A stretch of DNA of 64,000 nucleotides. Source: a virus. The stretch covers positions 32,001-96,000 of IMG/VR virus record IMGVR_UViG_3300023176_007894, one strand, 5' to 3'. The position numbers were made by a program, and so were the translations under genes. Positions 36,270 to 45,544 of this stretch are shown here, piece after piece. Numbering within the stretch: position 1 is the stretch's first letter; the number at the start of each line of letters is the position of its first letter. Below the pieces are notes generated by a model that worked only from the letters and a program-made list of their open reading frames with translations, had not been told where the DNA came from and did not search any database.

Positions 36270-36929
36270 TTAATTTTTAAATAAAAACGGTCTCCACTCT
36301 TCTCGTTCCTTTTGAAAGGCGTGAAAAAAATGCCAAGGAGTGCAGGGTTTTAATTCTTCACCTTTGTAGTTTTTATATGGATATAATGCCGCTTTTTTTG
36401 AATTGCAGCTATGGCATGTTATTGTTACATTGAAACTATCTTTTGTTCCGCCCATGCTTTTGGGGTATATGTGTTCTATACTCATATCTTTTATCGTTTT
36501 CTTTTCTCCGCAAATCTGGCAGCGACCTTTATATCTATCATAAAGATACCTTAGGTTCGGTTTTTCTTTTGTTTGGTAAACCCATTTTGCTGTAGTCAAT
36601 AAAATTGTTGGTACTGGATATAGCCTGTTGCATGCATTTAGGAATGGTTGAGACTCGTAATATGTTGAGCGATTTGGGTTTATCCATTCTTCCCATGTTA
36701 GAGGTTCACCACTTGCGCATAATACTTTCACTGTGTTAAGTTTATCTTGGTTTGATCCACAGGATATTAATTTCCTTACTCCTTCTTTGGCCGTTGTTAT
36801 ATTTATGGGCGTCCAGAAGTGAGATAAAATTAAAACAATTCTATCCTTGCTACTGCAACAATATGAAGAAGAATTAATTATTTTTCTTTTTGTCGTGATG
36901 ACCGCCTTTTGAGGAATTAGGCTTTTCAT
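36270..36929 (-). CDS. HNH endonuclease (start uncertain)
   Basis: RCQICG...SIEHIYPKSMGG...NVTITCHSCNSKK. Confidence 0.85.
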   Translation of the reverse strand: MKSLIPQKAVITTKRKIINSSSYCCSSKDRIVLILSHFWTPINITTAKEGVRKLISCGSNQDKLNTVKVLCASGEPLTWEEWINPNRSTYYESQPFLNACNRLYPVPTILLTTAKWVYQTKEKPNLRYLYDRYKGRCQICGEKKTIKDMSIEHIYPKSMGGTKDSFNVTITCHSCNSKKAALYPYKNYKGEELKPCTPWHFFHAFQKEREEWRPFLFKN

Positions 36930-38301
36930 GGGTATAGCCCATTTTCTTCATTGCAAGGTGATCTTCGTAGGTTTTGGCCATATAGGATTTTCCTGTCTTT
37001 GGATCATACATAGCATGGGGTTTGAATTTTTCATGCTCTGCAGATTGAGCTTTTTTGATTGCGTCTTTTGATGGATAATCTTTATCTCCAGGCTTTGCTG
37101 GCTTATAATTTTTGCCCATGCGTTTCTTTTTGTCTTGAATGTTTTTCCAGAGACTAGAATAATTCTTTTTTTCTTTTGTTTCGGAGGCTAAGCTACCATA
37201 CATAAGGTAATCGTATACAGCCTCAATAAAGTGTTCGGCTTTAGATATTTTATCTTGCGCCCAGGCCATCAGGTTATAGTCTTCAGGCATTTCTGAAATT
37301 TTATTTCTTATAGCTTCTGATTGCATAGATATCTTTGCGAGTTGACCTTCCGCCATACTTTTCTCGTGGTCTTCCTCTTGGGAGTTTTGTTCTGGCATAT
37401 CATTTTCCATGTCGGAGTAGTCTTCGTCCATGTACGATCCTTTCGTATAGTCTGTAACTGATTTTTTGGACTCCCACATTTTGCAAGACCAATATCTCGC
37501 TTTCGTTTTTGGTCCGGGATTCGCGCAATTATGACGAGCCCTGAAGTTTTTTCGTCTATTTGGGTCATCCCTTTTGATCTCCATATTGGGATCTCCAAAA
37601 TTTACTTTCACGACATTACCTTTTTCGTTTTTTACATAAACAGAAAATTTCTTCGGTCCTTTTGGGGTTCTAAAAGGCTTGTTTAGTTTTTTGCCTTTGT
37701 TCGATTCTGCCGCCCAAATTTCTTCGTCAATGATTTCCTCGAATCCTAGTTGGTCAACTTCGATAAAAATCGTACTCCACATTTCTTCGGTAAATTCAGG
37801 ATCTTCTTCAAGCTTGTAATTATAGATATCTAATTTCGCTTCAATCAAGTCCTCTTCCGTGAAGATATTTTCTTCGTCCCTCACTCCGTCATCTATTAAT
37901 ACGGCTGCAGACGCTTTAGCTACATCTTGATCTGCTTTTCGATAGCTGTCTTTCACTTTTCCTCCTCTAACCATTTTTAAAAACATGTTAACTCTCGCCA
38001 TTGCCCATTGACCTCTAGTTTTTCCTGGGCGATGACTGGAAGAAAATGCGCCTGCCCCCCTGCGATATACTTTCTTAAGCTGAGAAAGGGTGACTTTTTT
38101 GCTATATTTTTTGTTGTGCTCAGAAACCTTTGATTTTAAGGATTCTAAAACTTTATCTGAAAAAGTTATTTTGCTTCCCTTTTCTCCTGCGCTTCCAGGT
38201 TTGTTTTTGTCTGAACCTTTTTTTTGTTCGGATTTTTTTGCGGGTGTTTGCGCTGAACTTTTTGGCCCAGGACGTTTAGCTGAGTGAGATTCGTTTTCCA
38301 T
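36874..38301 (-). CDS. Mosaic basic protein built from several small phage modules (includes a DUF5824-like domain)
   Basis: KVYRRGAGAFSSSHRPG...WAMARVN; KPFRTP...FGDPNM...FRARHNC...YWSCKMW; MAEGQL...WAQDKI; LWKNI...DYP; FKPHAMYDPKTG. Confidence 0.65.
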   Translation of the reverse strand: MENESHSAKRPGPKSSAQTPAKKSEQKKGSDKNKPGSAGEKGSKITFSDKVLESLKSKVSEHNKKYSKKVTLSQLKKVYRRGAGAFSSSHRPGKTRGQWAMARVNMFLKMVRGGKVKDSYRKADQDVAKASAAVLIDDGVRDEENIFTEEDLIEAKLDIYNYKLEEDPEFTEEMWSTIFIEVDQLGFEEIIDEEIWAAESNKGKKLNKPFRTPKGPKKFSVYVKNEKGNVVKVNFGDPNMEIKRDDPNRRKNFRARHNCANPGPKTKARYWSCKMWESKKSVTDYTKGSYMDEDYSDMENDMPEQNSQEEDHEKSMAEGQLAKISMQSEAIRNKISEMPEDYNLMAWAQDKISKAEHFIEAVYDYLMYGSLASETKEKKNYSSLWKNIQDKKKRMGKNYKPAKPGDKDYPSKDAIKKAQSAEHEKFKPHAMYDPKTGKSYMAKTYEDHLAMKKMGYTHEKPNSSKGGHHDKKKNN

Positions 38302-38303
38302 GG

Positions 38304-39338
38304 TTATTTATTACACAATAAATTGTAATCATTTTCGTACATTTTTTTAACAAGACCCTTGAAGTCTGTTTTTCTCTTCCAGCCTAATTCTGATTCCGCC
38401 AAAGAGGGGTCTCCGCATAGTTTGTGAACTTCTGCAGGTCTGAAAAACTTGGGATCTACTTCAAAAATTAATTGGCCATCTTCAGTATAATATTTTTCAT
38501 TTTCACATTCTCCGGATTTTTTATATTTGATTCCTGCAAAGAAAAGCGTTTGATCTAGGAATTCTCTAACTGTGTGCATTTCGCCGCTAGCAAGTACGTA
38601 GTTTTTTGGGGATGATTGATTAAGCATAAGCCAAACCCCTTCCATGAAATCTTCTGCATCGCTCCAGTCTCTTTTCGCCTCTATGTTTCCCATTCTCAGG
38701 GGCTCAAATTCTTTATTTGATTCTAGGGAAATTTTTATTTTTGCAATTGTGTGACTAATTTTTCTCGTAACAAAATCCAAACCTCTTCTGGTTCCTTCGT
38801 GGTTAAACAACCATCCTTGTACTGAGTAAAGGCCGTAAGACTCTCTGTAAACCCTTACTATGTGTCTTGCAGCACACTTTGCTGCTCCATAAGGGCTTTG
38901 AGGTCTTAACGGATGCTCTTCATTTTGAGGTGTGCAGATCACATCTCCAAATTCCTCACTACTTCCTGCATTGTAGAATCTACAATGAGGAGAAAATCTT
39001 CTAATTGATTCTAGGATATGTAATACCGAATTAGAGTCTGTTTCCCAAGTTTGTATGGGGTAGTTCCAGCTGCCAGCGACAAAAGATTGGGCAGCAAAGT
39101 TAATAAAATAATCAGGTTGTATATCTATTACTACATCACGCATACTGTGAGCGTCATTTAAGTCCATGTCTATTAATTTAAATCTACTCTCATTTTCAAG
39201 ATGCAAGATGTTTTCGTGGTTTTTCACGCTTAGTCTTCTTGCGGTTCCGTAGATTTTGTGTTCGGTATTTTTTAAGAGATAGTCTACCATGTGGCTACCG
39301 TCTTGTCCTGTTATTCCAGTTACTATAATTTTTTTCAT
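38304..39338 (-). CDS. gmd: GDP-mannose 4,6-dehydratase
   Basis: TGITGQDGS, AAQSFV, SSEEFG, SPYGAAK, LFNHE, FVTRKI, RDW, FRPAEV. Confidence 0.93.
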   Translation of the reverse strand: MKKIIVTGITGQDGSHMVDYLLKNTEHKIYGTARRLSVKNHENILHLENESRFKLIDMDLNDAHSMRDVVIDIQPDYFINFAAQSFVAGSWNYPIQTWETDSNSVLHILESIRRFSPHCRFYNAGSSEEFGDVICTPQNEEHPLRPQSPYGAAKCAARHIVRVYRESYGLYSVQGWLFNHEGTRRGLDFVTRKISHTIAKIKISLESNKEFEPLRMGNIEAKRDWSDAEDFMEGVWLMLNQSSPKNYVLASGEMHTVREFLDQTLFFAGIKYKKSGECENEKYYTEDGQLIFEVDPKFFRPAEVHKLCGDPSLAESELGWKRKTDFKGLVKKMYENDYNLLCNK

Positions 39339-39748
39339 TTTAATTTTAAAATACTATTTTCTGTTGCATCGGTCATTGGTTGAGGGAGGGATCCCTCGTT
39401 AATTTTGAAGTACCCCCATTCATCATGCTCTATTGCATCCTTTGCAGATAATGAGGGAAACATAAAGTCGTCGACTTCTGTTTGAAATACGATAAAATAT
39501 TTATCTCCTTCAATTAAATATTCATCCAGAAAAGAAACTTCTCCTGTTATGTCTATAGCTGTTTCTTCTTCAAATTCTCTGATAGATGCAGCCTTCGGGT
39601 CTTCGTTTGGCTCAATCATTCCACAAGGCATAGACCAATACCCCGCTAAATTAGCTGCTACTCTGGATCTGCGGCCAAGAAGAACTAAGCCATTAAAAGT
39701 CATTAATAACCCTGCGGCAAAATAGTTTTTATGATTAAAGGAATTCAT
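39335..39748 (-). CDS. NUDIX hydrolase
   Basis: GMIEPNEDPKAASIREFEEET Nudix box. Confidence 0.85.
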   Translation of the reverse strand: MNSFNHKNYFAAGLLMTFNGLVLLGRRSRVAANLAGYWSMPCGMIEPNEDPKAASIREFEEETAIDITGEVSFLDEYLIEGDKYFIVFQTEVDDFMFPSLSAKDAIEHDEWGYFKINEGSLPQPMTDATENSILKLK

Positions 39749-40802
39749 TTATTTTGCTTTTATTTTCCCAGTGCGGGCATCCTTTATATTCCATTTTTAC
39801 AATTTCTTCATTATCTTCTGCGCTTAATAAATGCTTCTCTTCAATGAATGCTGTTTTTTTAATATTTTTTTCTTTATCTATTACGGCATAATATTCCATG
39901 GGTTTCCTGAATGGACATATAAATGCTTTTATTGGCTGGCCATTTTTATCTAGGACAGGTTCTCCTTTGGACATTTTAAATCCGTCTTTACCGCATGCAA
40001 GCGGACCGCCGAATGTGCCATCTTTTGGGAAATCTTGGTTTGCTGCAAAGTTTGATCTAGCACAATTGTCGTCGAATCCATCGATATATTTTTGAAATTC
40101 TGTCAATTGATACTCAAAACCTTCTAGTTCATCGTCTGAAATTTTGTCCATTTTTAAATACCCTTTTCCGGGATCTCCAAAAATATCTTTTTCCAGATCA
40201 AAGCGCAAGAATATAAATTCACTCTGAGGCTTACTTTCTGGCATTATGTGCTTGGTTGCAAGGCAGTATATGAGGTTCTGTAAATTATCCGAAATCTCTT
40301 TTCCCTTGAAAACTGATTTACTGCTTTTGAAGTCTCTAATAATAACGGAATTATCTTTGTATACGAACATTTTATCTATATAGCCCCTGATCGCATACCT
40401 CTTCTCGCCATCGTTAATTTCTAGGTCAAAAAACTTTTCAGATTCTGCTTCTACGGGGGCATCTTCAGAGTCTCCAAAAAAATCGTATCTCAATCCGTTG
40501 ACAATCATTTCATCGATAAGCTCAAGATTTTCTTGATCGTTGACATTTAGCTCTTCAGCTTCTTTTCTTACTTGTTCAGAAACAATTTTGGTATTCCAGA
40601 TTGTTCCGTCTTTAACGATTTTGTTAAACTCCCTCTTGTGTTTATCTCCAAGTAGCTCGAAAACATTGTGACATATAGTTCCCCTGCTAGCTCCATCATT
40701 TCGCGCTTCTGGAAGTTTTAGTTTATACTTGCACCAATAGGTCCACGAGCATTGCTGTGCGGTTTTAATTCTGCTTGCGGAGAGCCTTGTGAGTTCAGTC
40801 AT
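39735..40802 (-). CDS. PD-(D/E)XK exonuclease (RecB/Cas4-like)
   Basis: LSASRI...C, GTICH, RGYID, DFKSSK, Q-IY; C-terminal Cys residues. Confidence 0.8.
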   Translation of the reverse strand: MTELTRLSASRIKTAQQCSWTYWCKYKLKLPEARNDGASRGTICHNVFELLGDKHKREFNKIVKDGTIWNTKIVSEQVRKEAEELNVNDQENLELIDEMIVNGLRYDFFGDSEDAPVEAESEKFFDLEINDGEKRYAIRGYIDKMFVYKDNSVIIRDFKSSKSVFKGKEISDNLQNLIYCLATKHIMPESKPQSEFIFLRFDLEKDIFGDPGKGYLKMDKISDDELEGFEYQLTEFQKYIDGFDDNCARSNFAANQDFPKDGTFGGPLACGKDGFKMSKGEPVLDKNGQPIKAFICPFRKPMEYYAVIDKEKNIKKTAFIEEKHLLSAEDNEEIVKMEYKGCPHWENKSKINEFL

Positions 40803-41829
40803 CGATTATAATTGATTTATTTTTTAATAAAGATTTTGGAATAGACTTGATTGAGTCAAGAGTTGACAATATCCGAGACCTTTGGGCTTGTTGGTCGATA
40901 GATAGTAGTTTTTCATTCCATTTTTTAAAGTCGTTTTCATTCATATCACCAAAATCATTTTTAATTGGAAGGCAGATATTAATTTTTTCTTTATCAAAGA
41001 AATTTAATAATTTTAAATAATTTTTTACGCTAGCCTCGAGGCCTTTATTTCTCGATGATTGGCTATCATTGTTTAATGATATTACTATATTACTTGGGTT
41101 GAAAGAAAGTGTTGAACATATTAATTTTGTACTTATTTCAAGACCAAAGGTAACTAAAACATTGAAATATCCAAATTGGTTTAACATCAATAAATCTCCT
41201 ATACTTTCAACAAATATAACTTGGTCTTTTTCTTGAATTGCATTAGATGTCAAATCATTTACGTATAGTGGGTATATCCATGATTTCTTTCTTCCTATAT
41301 GTTTCCATTTTGGCCTGCCTTCATAGCGAGACATATCCCTGCCGGAAAAGCCATAGATTTGTTTGTGTTCATTATAGACAGGAAATACAAATCGTTTGTT
41401 TAGTTTTCCATTTGTTGCGAATCCTCCTTTAAGGTTTTTAAGCACTTCGTCAGAAATGCCCTTATCATTATAGAATTTATAATGAGGAAGCAATTTTTTA
41501 AGACAGTCCTCTGGGTATATTTCGTCCATTTCTAATTTTTGTTGAGATGTAATTTTTTGATACATTGAGCCCAAACTTTCTTCTTCGTCAATGTATTTTT
41601 TGATTTCATTTTTATCGTTTGTTCCGAGGGTAATTTCGACCAATCTTTTGAATGGTGAAAATTGACTATTCTCTACATGATCTTTCCATACTCCTGTATT
41701 TTTATATATTTGTATTGCTGTTTTGTTGTCGCCATTTCTAAAAACAGCATTAGTCTGCCAATACTGGCCCCTGTCGAATAATTTATATCCGAGTCTGTCG
41801 AGACAGTCTTTTATTTTTTCTGGTGACAT
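40795..41829 (-). CDS. dnaG: DNA primase (DnaG/TOPRIM)
   Basis: RFVFPV, GFSGR, PKWKH, FVESIGD, LNND, NDFGDM. Confidence 0.82.
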   Translation of the reverse strand: MSPEKIKDCLDRLGYKLFDRGQYWQTNAVFRNGDNKTAIQIYKNTGVWKDHVENSQFSPFKRLVEITLGTNDKNEIKKYIDEEESLGSMYQKITSQQKLEMDEIYPEDCLKKLLPHYKFYNDKGISDEVLKNLKGGFATNGKLNKRFVFPVYNEHKQIYGFSGRDMSRYEGRPKWKHIGRKKSWIYPLYVNDLTSNAIQEKDQVIFVESIGDLLMLNQFGYFNVLVTFGLEISTKLICSTLSFNPSNIVISLNNDSQSSRNKGLEASVKNYLKLLNFFDKEKINICLPIKNDFGDMNENDFKKWNEKLLSIDQQAQRSRILSTLDSIKSIPKSLLKNKSIIIDD

Positions 41830-43343
41830 TATAAAGTAGGGGCTTCGTCTAGGAAGTCTGTGATTGCTTCGACTCCTTCCGAGTTAAGATGTTCGACCAG
41901 ATCATTTAGGTCACCTTTTTCGTCGATGTTAAAATTTTCCATATGCAGGTTAATGTAATTTTTCCTTTTGCTTCCATCGGGCATTTCTACTGGTTGAATC
42001 GCTCTGTGAACATTTTCGCCCAGCCACCTGTATTTTAGGCATATCAGTTTATGCGTTCCAAAGCCTTCGGGCTCTGCCTGAATTTCATCCATGGTCTTTT
42101 GCCTTAGTAGGAAAAGGTGTGAACAAAATTGGGTTATTTGGTCTGATAGCGATACGATACTTTCATCGTCAACTATGTTTTCAGATCTTCTGTTGTTTGT
42201 AATTCCTAATCGGTTACTCTGTACACTTGTAAGCATTGAGACGCATGGGCCATCATTAAAGGAAAGTTCTTTCTGAATCAATTGTTTGAACCTATCTACC
42301 ATTCGTCCCACAGCCTCCCACGAGCTTACTCCGTTTTGTTTTTCGTATGTCGTTTTAATATAATCGAAGCTAAAGATCATTTGGTTTCCTCGGCCCACTT
42401 CGGAGAAGTAGAACCTTCGGATAGTATTAACTAGATTTTCTACTGATTGACCTGCGACGTTATAGTAATAAAATTTTAAGTTTTTAATTTTTAGCCAAGT
42501 GTCTCTTACTTTTTTTACCACCTCATCACCTGCTTGTCGCCACCTGCCTGTTTCCAAGAGATTCATGGGTACTCCTGAGAGTGCAGAGCACTGCCTGATT
42601 ATCAATTCTTCTTTGCTCATTTCCCCATTATCAAAATGCAGTACGGGTACATTATTATTCATTGAGGATACTTTTGTGCAAAAATCCATGCAAAATTGCG
42701 TTTTACCAACTCCTGCTCTTGCTACAACAACGGTAATGTTTCCTGGCCTGAGGAGCGAGCCATACAATTCATTAACTCTTTGATGCGGCCCCATGAGCCC
42801 AAATTGAGAAATGGGATTATTTCCCCTCTCCTCGATAAATTCTTCCATTTGTTCGAAAAGGTTCTCCGGTTTTTCTGCTCCGCACTCATAGAAATTTATT
42901 TTATCATTGTAAATTTTATCGGCGGTAGATATAATTTCAGAAAACGATTGAGTGTTGTTCGCTGACTGCATTGCTTTCGCTACCTCAAGGGATGCCTCAT
43001 ATATGTCTCTTCGGGCGGTAATTTTCTTTAGCTCTTTAGCTGCCTTAATAACCCCTTCTTGGGATATTTGTCTCATCGATAGTCCTTTAATGTAATCTGC
43101 GATGTTTATGTTGTCTTCAAAAGACATTCCTAAGGAATCAACCCTTTGACTAAGAATTATTTCATCTACAGATTCTCCATTTTCTAGAGACTGCCTTAAA
43201 ACGCAATATATGGTTTTGTTGACTATAGAATTTTTCTCAAAAAAATCTTTTTCCGAAACAAATGCAGCGATAAGAGGATAAGATTCTGGATACTTTATTA
43301 ATCCCGCGAGGAGATGTTGCTCTAGTTCATATGAATATACCAT
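41829..43343 (-). CDS. dnaB: Replicative helicase
   Basis: ARAGVGKT, DNGEM, FDYIK, VQSNR, LKYR; DnaB N-terminal domain. Confidence 0.9.
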   Translation of the reverse strand: MVYSYELEQHLLAGLIKYPESYPLIAAFVSEKDFFEKNSIVNKTIYCVLRQSLENGESVDEIILSQRVDSLGMSFEDNINIADYIKGLSMRQISQEGVIKAAKELKKITARRDIYEASLEVAKAMQSANNTQSFSEIISTADKIYNDKINFYECGAEKPENLFEQMEEFIEERGNNPISQFGLMGPHQRVNELYGSLLRPGNITVVVARAGVGKTQFCMDFCTKVSSMNNNVPVLHFDNGEMSKEELIIRQCSALSGVPMNLLETGRWRQAGDEVVKKVRDTWLKIKNLKFYYYNVAGQSVENLVNTIRRFYFSEVGRGNQMIFSFDYIKTTYEKQNGVSSWEAVGRMVDRFKQLIQKELSFNDGPCVSMLTSVQSNRLGITNNRRSENIVDDESIVSLSDQITQFCSHLFLLRQKTMDEIQAEPEGFGTHKLICLKYRWLGENVHRAIQPVEMPDGSKRKNYINLHMENFNIDEKGDLNDLVEHLNSEGVEAITDFLDEAPTL

Positions 43344-43349
43344 GATTGC

Positions 43350-43378
43350 ATGGTATCATATATACCTTAATAAGTCAA
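43350..43378 (-). promoter_or_regulatory. Sigma70-type promoter for dnaB (TTGACT-N17-TACCAT), leaderless
   Basis: ATG 43343 follows the -10 box by 6 nt. Confidence 0.65.
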
Positions 43379-43383
43379 GAAGT

Positions 43384-43662
43384 TTATTCGTCTTCTTCTC
43401 CTAAATCCGATGGAAAGTCGAGTTTTAAATCGTGAGAGTCGGCTTGATCAAGATATTGCTCAAGAGCTTTACGCAAGCCCATTTCGATTATGCCGGAATT
43501 AGCTTTTGTAACAATCGAGGGGATACCTTCTTGATTAACGTATGCCAGTATAAACCCACTATCCCCGTCTGTTTTCCCAGTGCATTCAAAAATTTGAGTT
43601 AGTAGGTTTTCTGGCAAATTAAATTTTTCTAAATTTTCTGGGTCAATTTCGTCGTCGTTCAT
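43384..43662 (-). CDS. Hypothetical acidic protein
   Basis: 92 aa; GTGTA motif upstream. Confidence 0.65.
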   Translation of the reverse strand: MNDDEIDPENLEKFNLPENLLTQIFECTGKTDGDSGFILAYVNQEGIPSIVTKANSGIIEMGLRKALEQYLDQADSHDLKLDFPSDLGEEDE

Positions 43663-43679
43663 AATTTATATTACACAAA

Positions 43680-44090
43680 TTAAATATTCGATGCAAGATT
43701 ATCAAAAAATGATTCTGAAGTCATGTCTTTTTGATAGATCTCGATTAAGTTGATTTCGTTGATTTCACAGAATTTTAATTTCTCTTGATCTCTTCTTAAC
43801 TGATTGATATAATTTATTTTGTTGGATCCGTGAAAATGAGGGACATATCTATTATGCTGTTCTCCTTGAACTTCTATTGCTATTTTTTTATTTGCATTAT
43901 AAAAATCTAGAGATAGTTTTGTTCCTGCAACAGGAAATTCTTCAAAGACAATTTGGTTTTTCCAGTATTGTTCTAGGAAAGTTTTAACTCTTCTTTGAAG
44001 CTTGCTGCGGCTTGGCCCAGACCAATTAATTAAATATTTTTTTGGCTTTACTATTCTGCGTATTCGACCTGTAAGGGTTTTAAATTGCAT
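43680..44090 (-). CDS. Vsr/DUF559-like endonuclease
   Basis: EEFPV...LDFY...AIEVQGEQH...RDQEK. Confidence 0.75.
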   Translation of the reverse strand: MQFKTLTGRIRRIVKPKKYLINWSGPSRSKLQRRVKTFLEQYWKNQIVFEEFPVAGTKLSLDFYNANKKIAIEVQGEQHNRYVPHFHGSNKINYINQLRRDQEKLKFCEINEINLIEIYQKDMTSESFFDNLASNI

Positions 44091-45186
44091 TAGATAGATT
44101 TTTAAAATCTTCGTAAAGAAACTGTACGAGTTTTTCGTTTTCTTCCAGAAAGTCTATAATTTTTTGTTCGCCTTGAAATTTTTCTGGTATCTCAAGGTCG
44201 TTCGTTGAGAGCTCTTTGATTAAATCATCTGAAACGGAAATCCAGGCGCCCTTCTTGTCAATTAGTTTGAATAAATAGAGCATGTCTAATACTTCCCTTG
44301 CAAGCCAAACAGAAGAGCCATTTGTTTGCCCATATTTTACAGGATATCTAACTTGAGATCCGGTCTTTTCGTTGGCGCTTTTTCTAAATCTTATTTTACA
44401 ATAATGGCCTATTGGGTCTCCTTTGTCTTCTAGCTTAGATGCGCTTGGGTTTTTAAACAAAATATCAGAGGTATATCTCTCTTCGAATTCTAGTATGTAA
44501 TTTGCGTAGTGTTTAATTGCATTTCCACCAGCCTGTTTTGTTTTTGGGCCACCTCTAGAGGCATAGGGGTTTGTGGCAACTTCTACCCGAACTTGGCTAG
44601 TCAAGATCATTGTGTGTCCCATCTTGCTAATTGGTAGTACCATTTTTTTTAAGAACACAGATGTTATTAATGCGCCTCCGGCGACCTGCTCAGATTCTGA
44701 GAATGGCTTGTCTATATCGCCAATTCTGCATAGAGCATCCACGCTATCAATGATGAACATATATTTTTTTCCAGATTCATTATTGAATACTAGCTCTCTA
44801 ATTAGCTCGAAGACTTTTTCGAATATATTACAGTCAAAGCAAAAGAATTTTTCTGGCTCCAAACTAATTCCAGATCTCTTAAGCATTTCAGGGCTAAGCC
44901 TGCCCTCGCTTTTAATGTAAATTATCATTCCGTCTTTTTCGAAATGCTTTTGAAAGTTTCTTGCGAAAGATAATGCGCAACTAGTTTTACCTCCTTCATT
45001 TATGCCTGTAAATCTGTGTGCGCCCGATGGAAGTCCTCCGCCTAGTGCCATGTCTAAGTTTAGGCTACCGCTAGAAATTTTATAATCTTCACAGTCAAAA
45101 AAATTGTAATGATATTTTTGATTATCTTTGTCAGACAAGAAATTTGATATTTGATCCGTAGTGTTAACTGTTTTTGTTTTAGCCAT
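44080..45186 (-). CDS. recA: RecA/UvsX-like recombinase
   Basis: SGSLNLDMALGGGLPSG, GINEGGKT, IIDSV, SQVR, GGNAIKHYA. Confidence 0.88.
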   Translation of the reverse strand: MAKTKTVNTTDQISNFLSDKDNQKYHYNFFDCEDYKISSGSLNLDMALGGGLPSGAHRFTGINEGGKTSCALSFARNFQKHFEKDGMIIYIKSEGRLSPEMLKRSGISLEPEKFFCFDCNIFEKVFELIRELVFNNESGKKYMFIIDSVDALCRIGDIDKPFSESEQVAGGALITSVFLKKMVLPISKMGHTMILTSQVRVEVATNPYASRGGPKTKQAGGNAIKHYANYILEFEERYTSDILFKNPSASKLEDKGDPIGHYCKIRFRKSANEKTGSQVRYPVKYGQTNGSSVWLAREVLDMLYLFKLIDKKGAWISVSDDLIKELSTNDLEIPEKFQGEQKIIDFLEENEKLVQFLYEDFKNLSNAI

Positions 45187-45511
45187 CTATAAAGTCTTTA
45201 ATTGTTTTTGTCTTCTTCTTGTATATTTTATCCTCTCCAGCTTTTTCTCCAAGTTGAATCGTGTTTTTTTCTGGAATTTTGTATTTAAATTCTCTGTATT
45301 TTTTTCGTAACATTTTTAATCCAGCTTCTGTTTTTATCACCGCAAGGGAGGGGTATTTTTGCGGGCGCATCTTTGCCCAGAAGTCTTGGTCTGGAAAAAT
45401 GGACATCAAGTCATTTAGTAGCTTCATTTCTTTTGCCCAGAAAATCCTTTTTTGATTCTTGGGCTCTACTACCAATTTCTTAATAAGGTCTCTTTTGTTT
45501 ATTTTTTTCAA
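45179..45511 (-). CDS. Hypothetical basic protein (TTG start)
   Basis: 110 aa; sigma70-type TTGACT-N17-TAAAAT at 45520-45548. Confidence 0.65.
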   Translation of the reverse strand: MKKINKRDLIKKLVVEPKNQKRIFWAKEMKLLNDLMSIFPDQDFWAKMRPQKYPSLAVIKTEAGLKMLRKKYREFKYKIPEKNTIQLGEKAGEDKIYKKKTKTIKDFIDG

Positions 45512-45544
45512 TAAACATTATTTTATCACGAGATTGCCTAAAAG

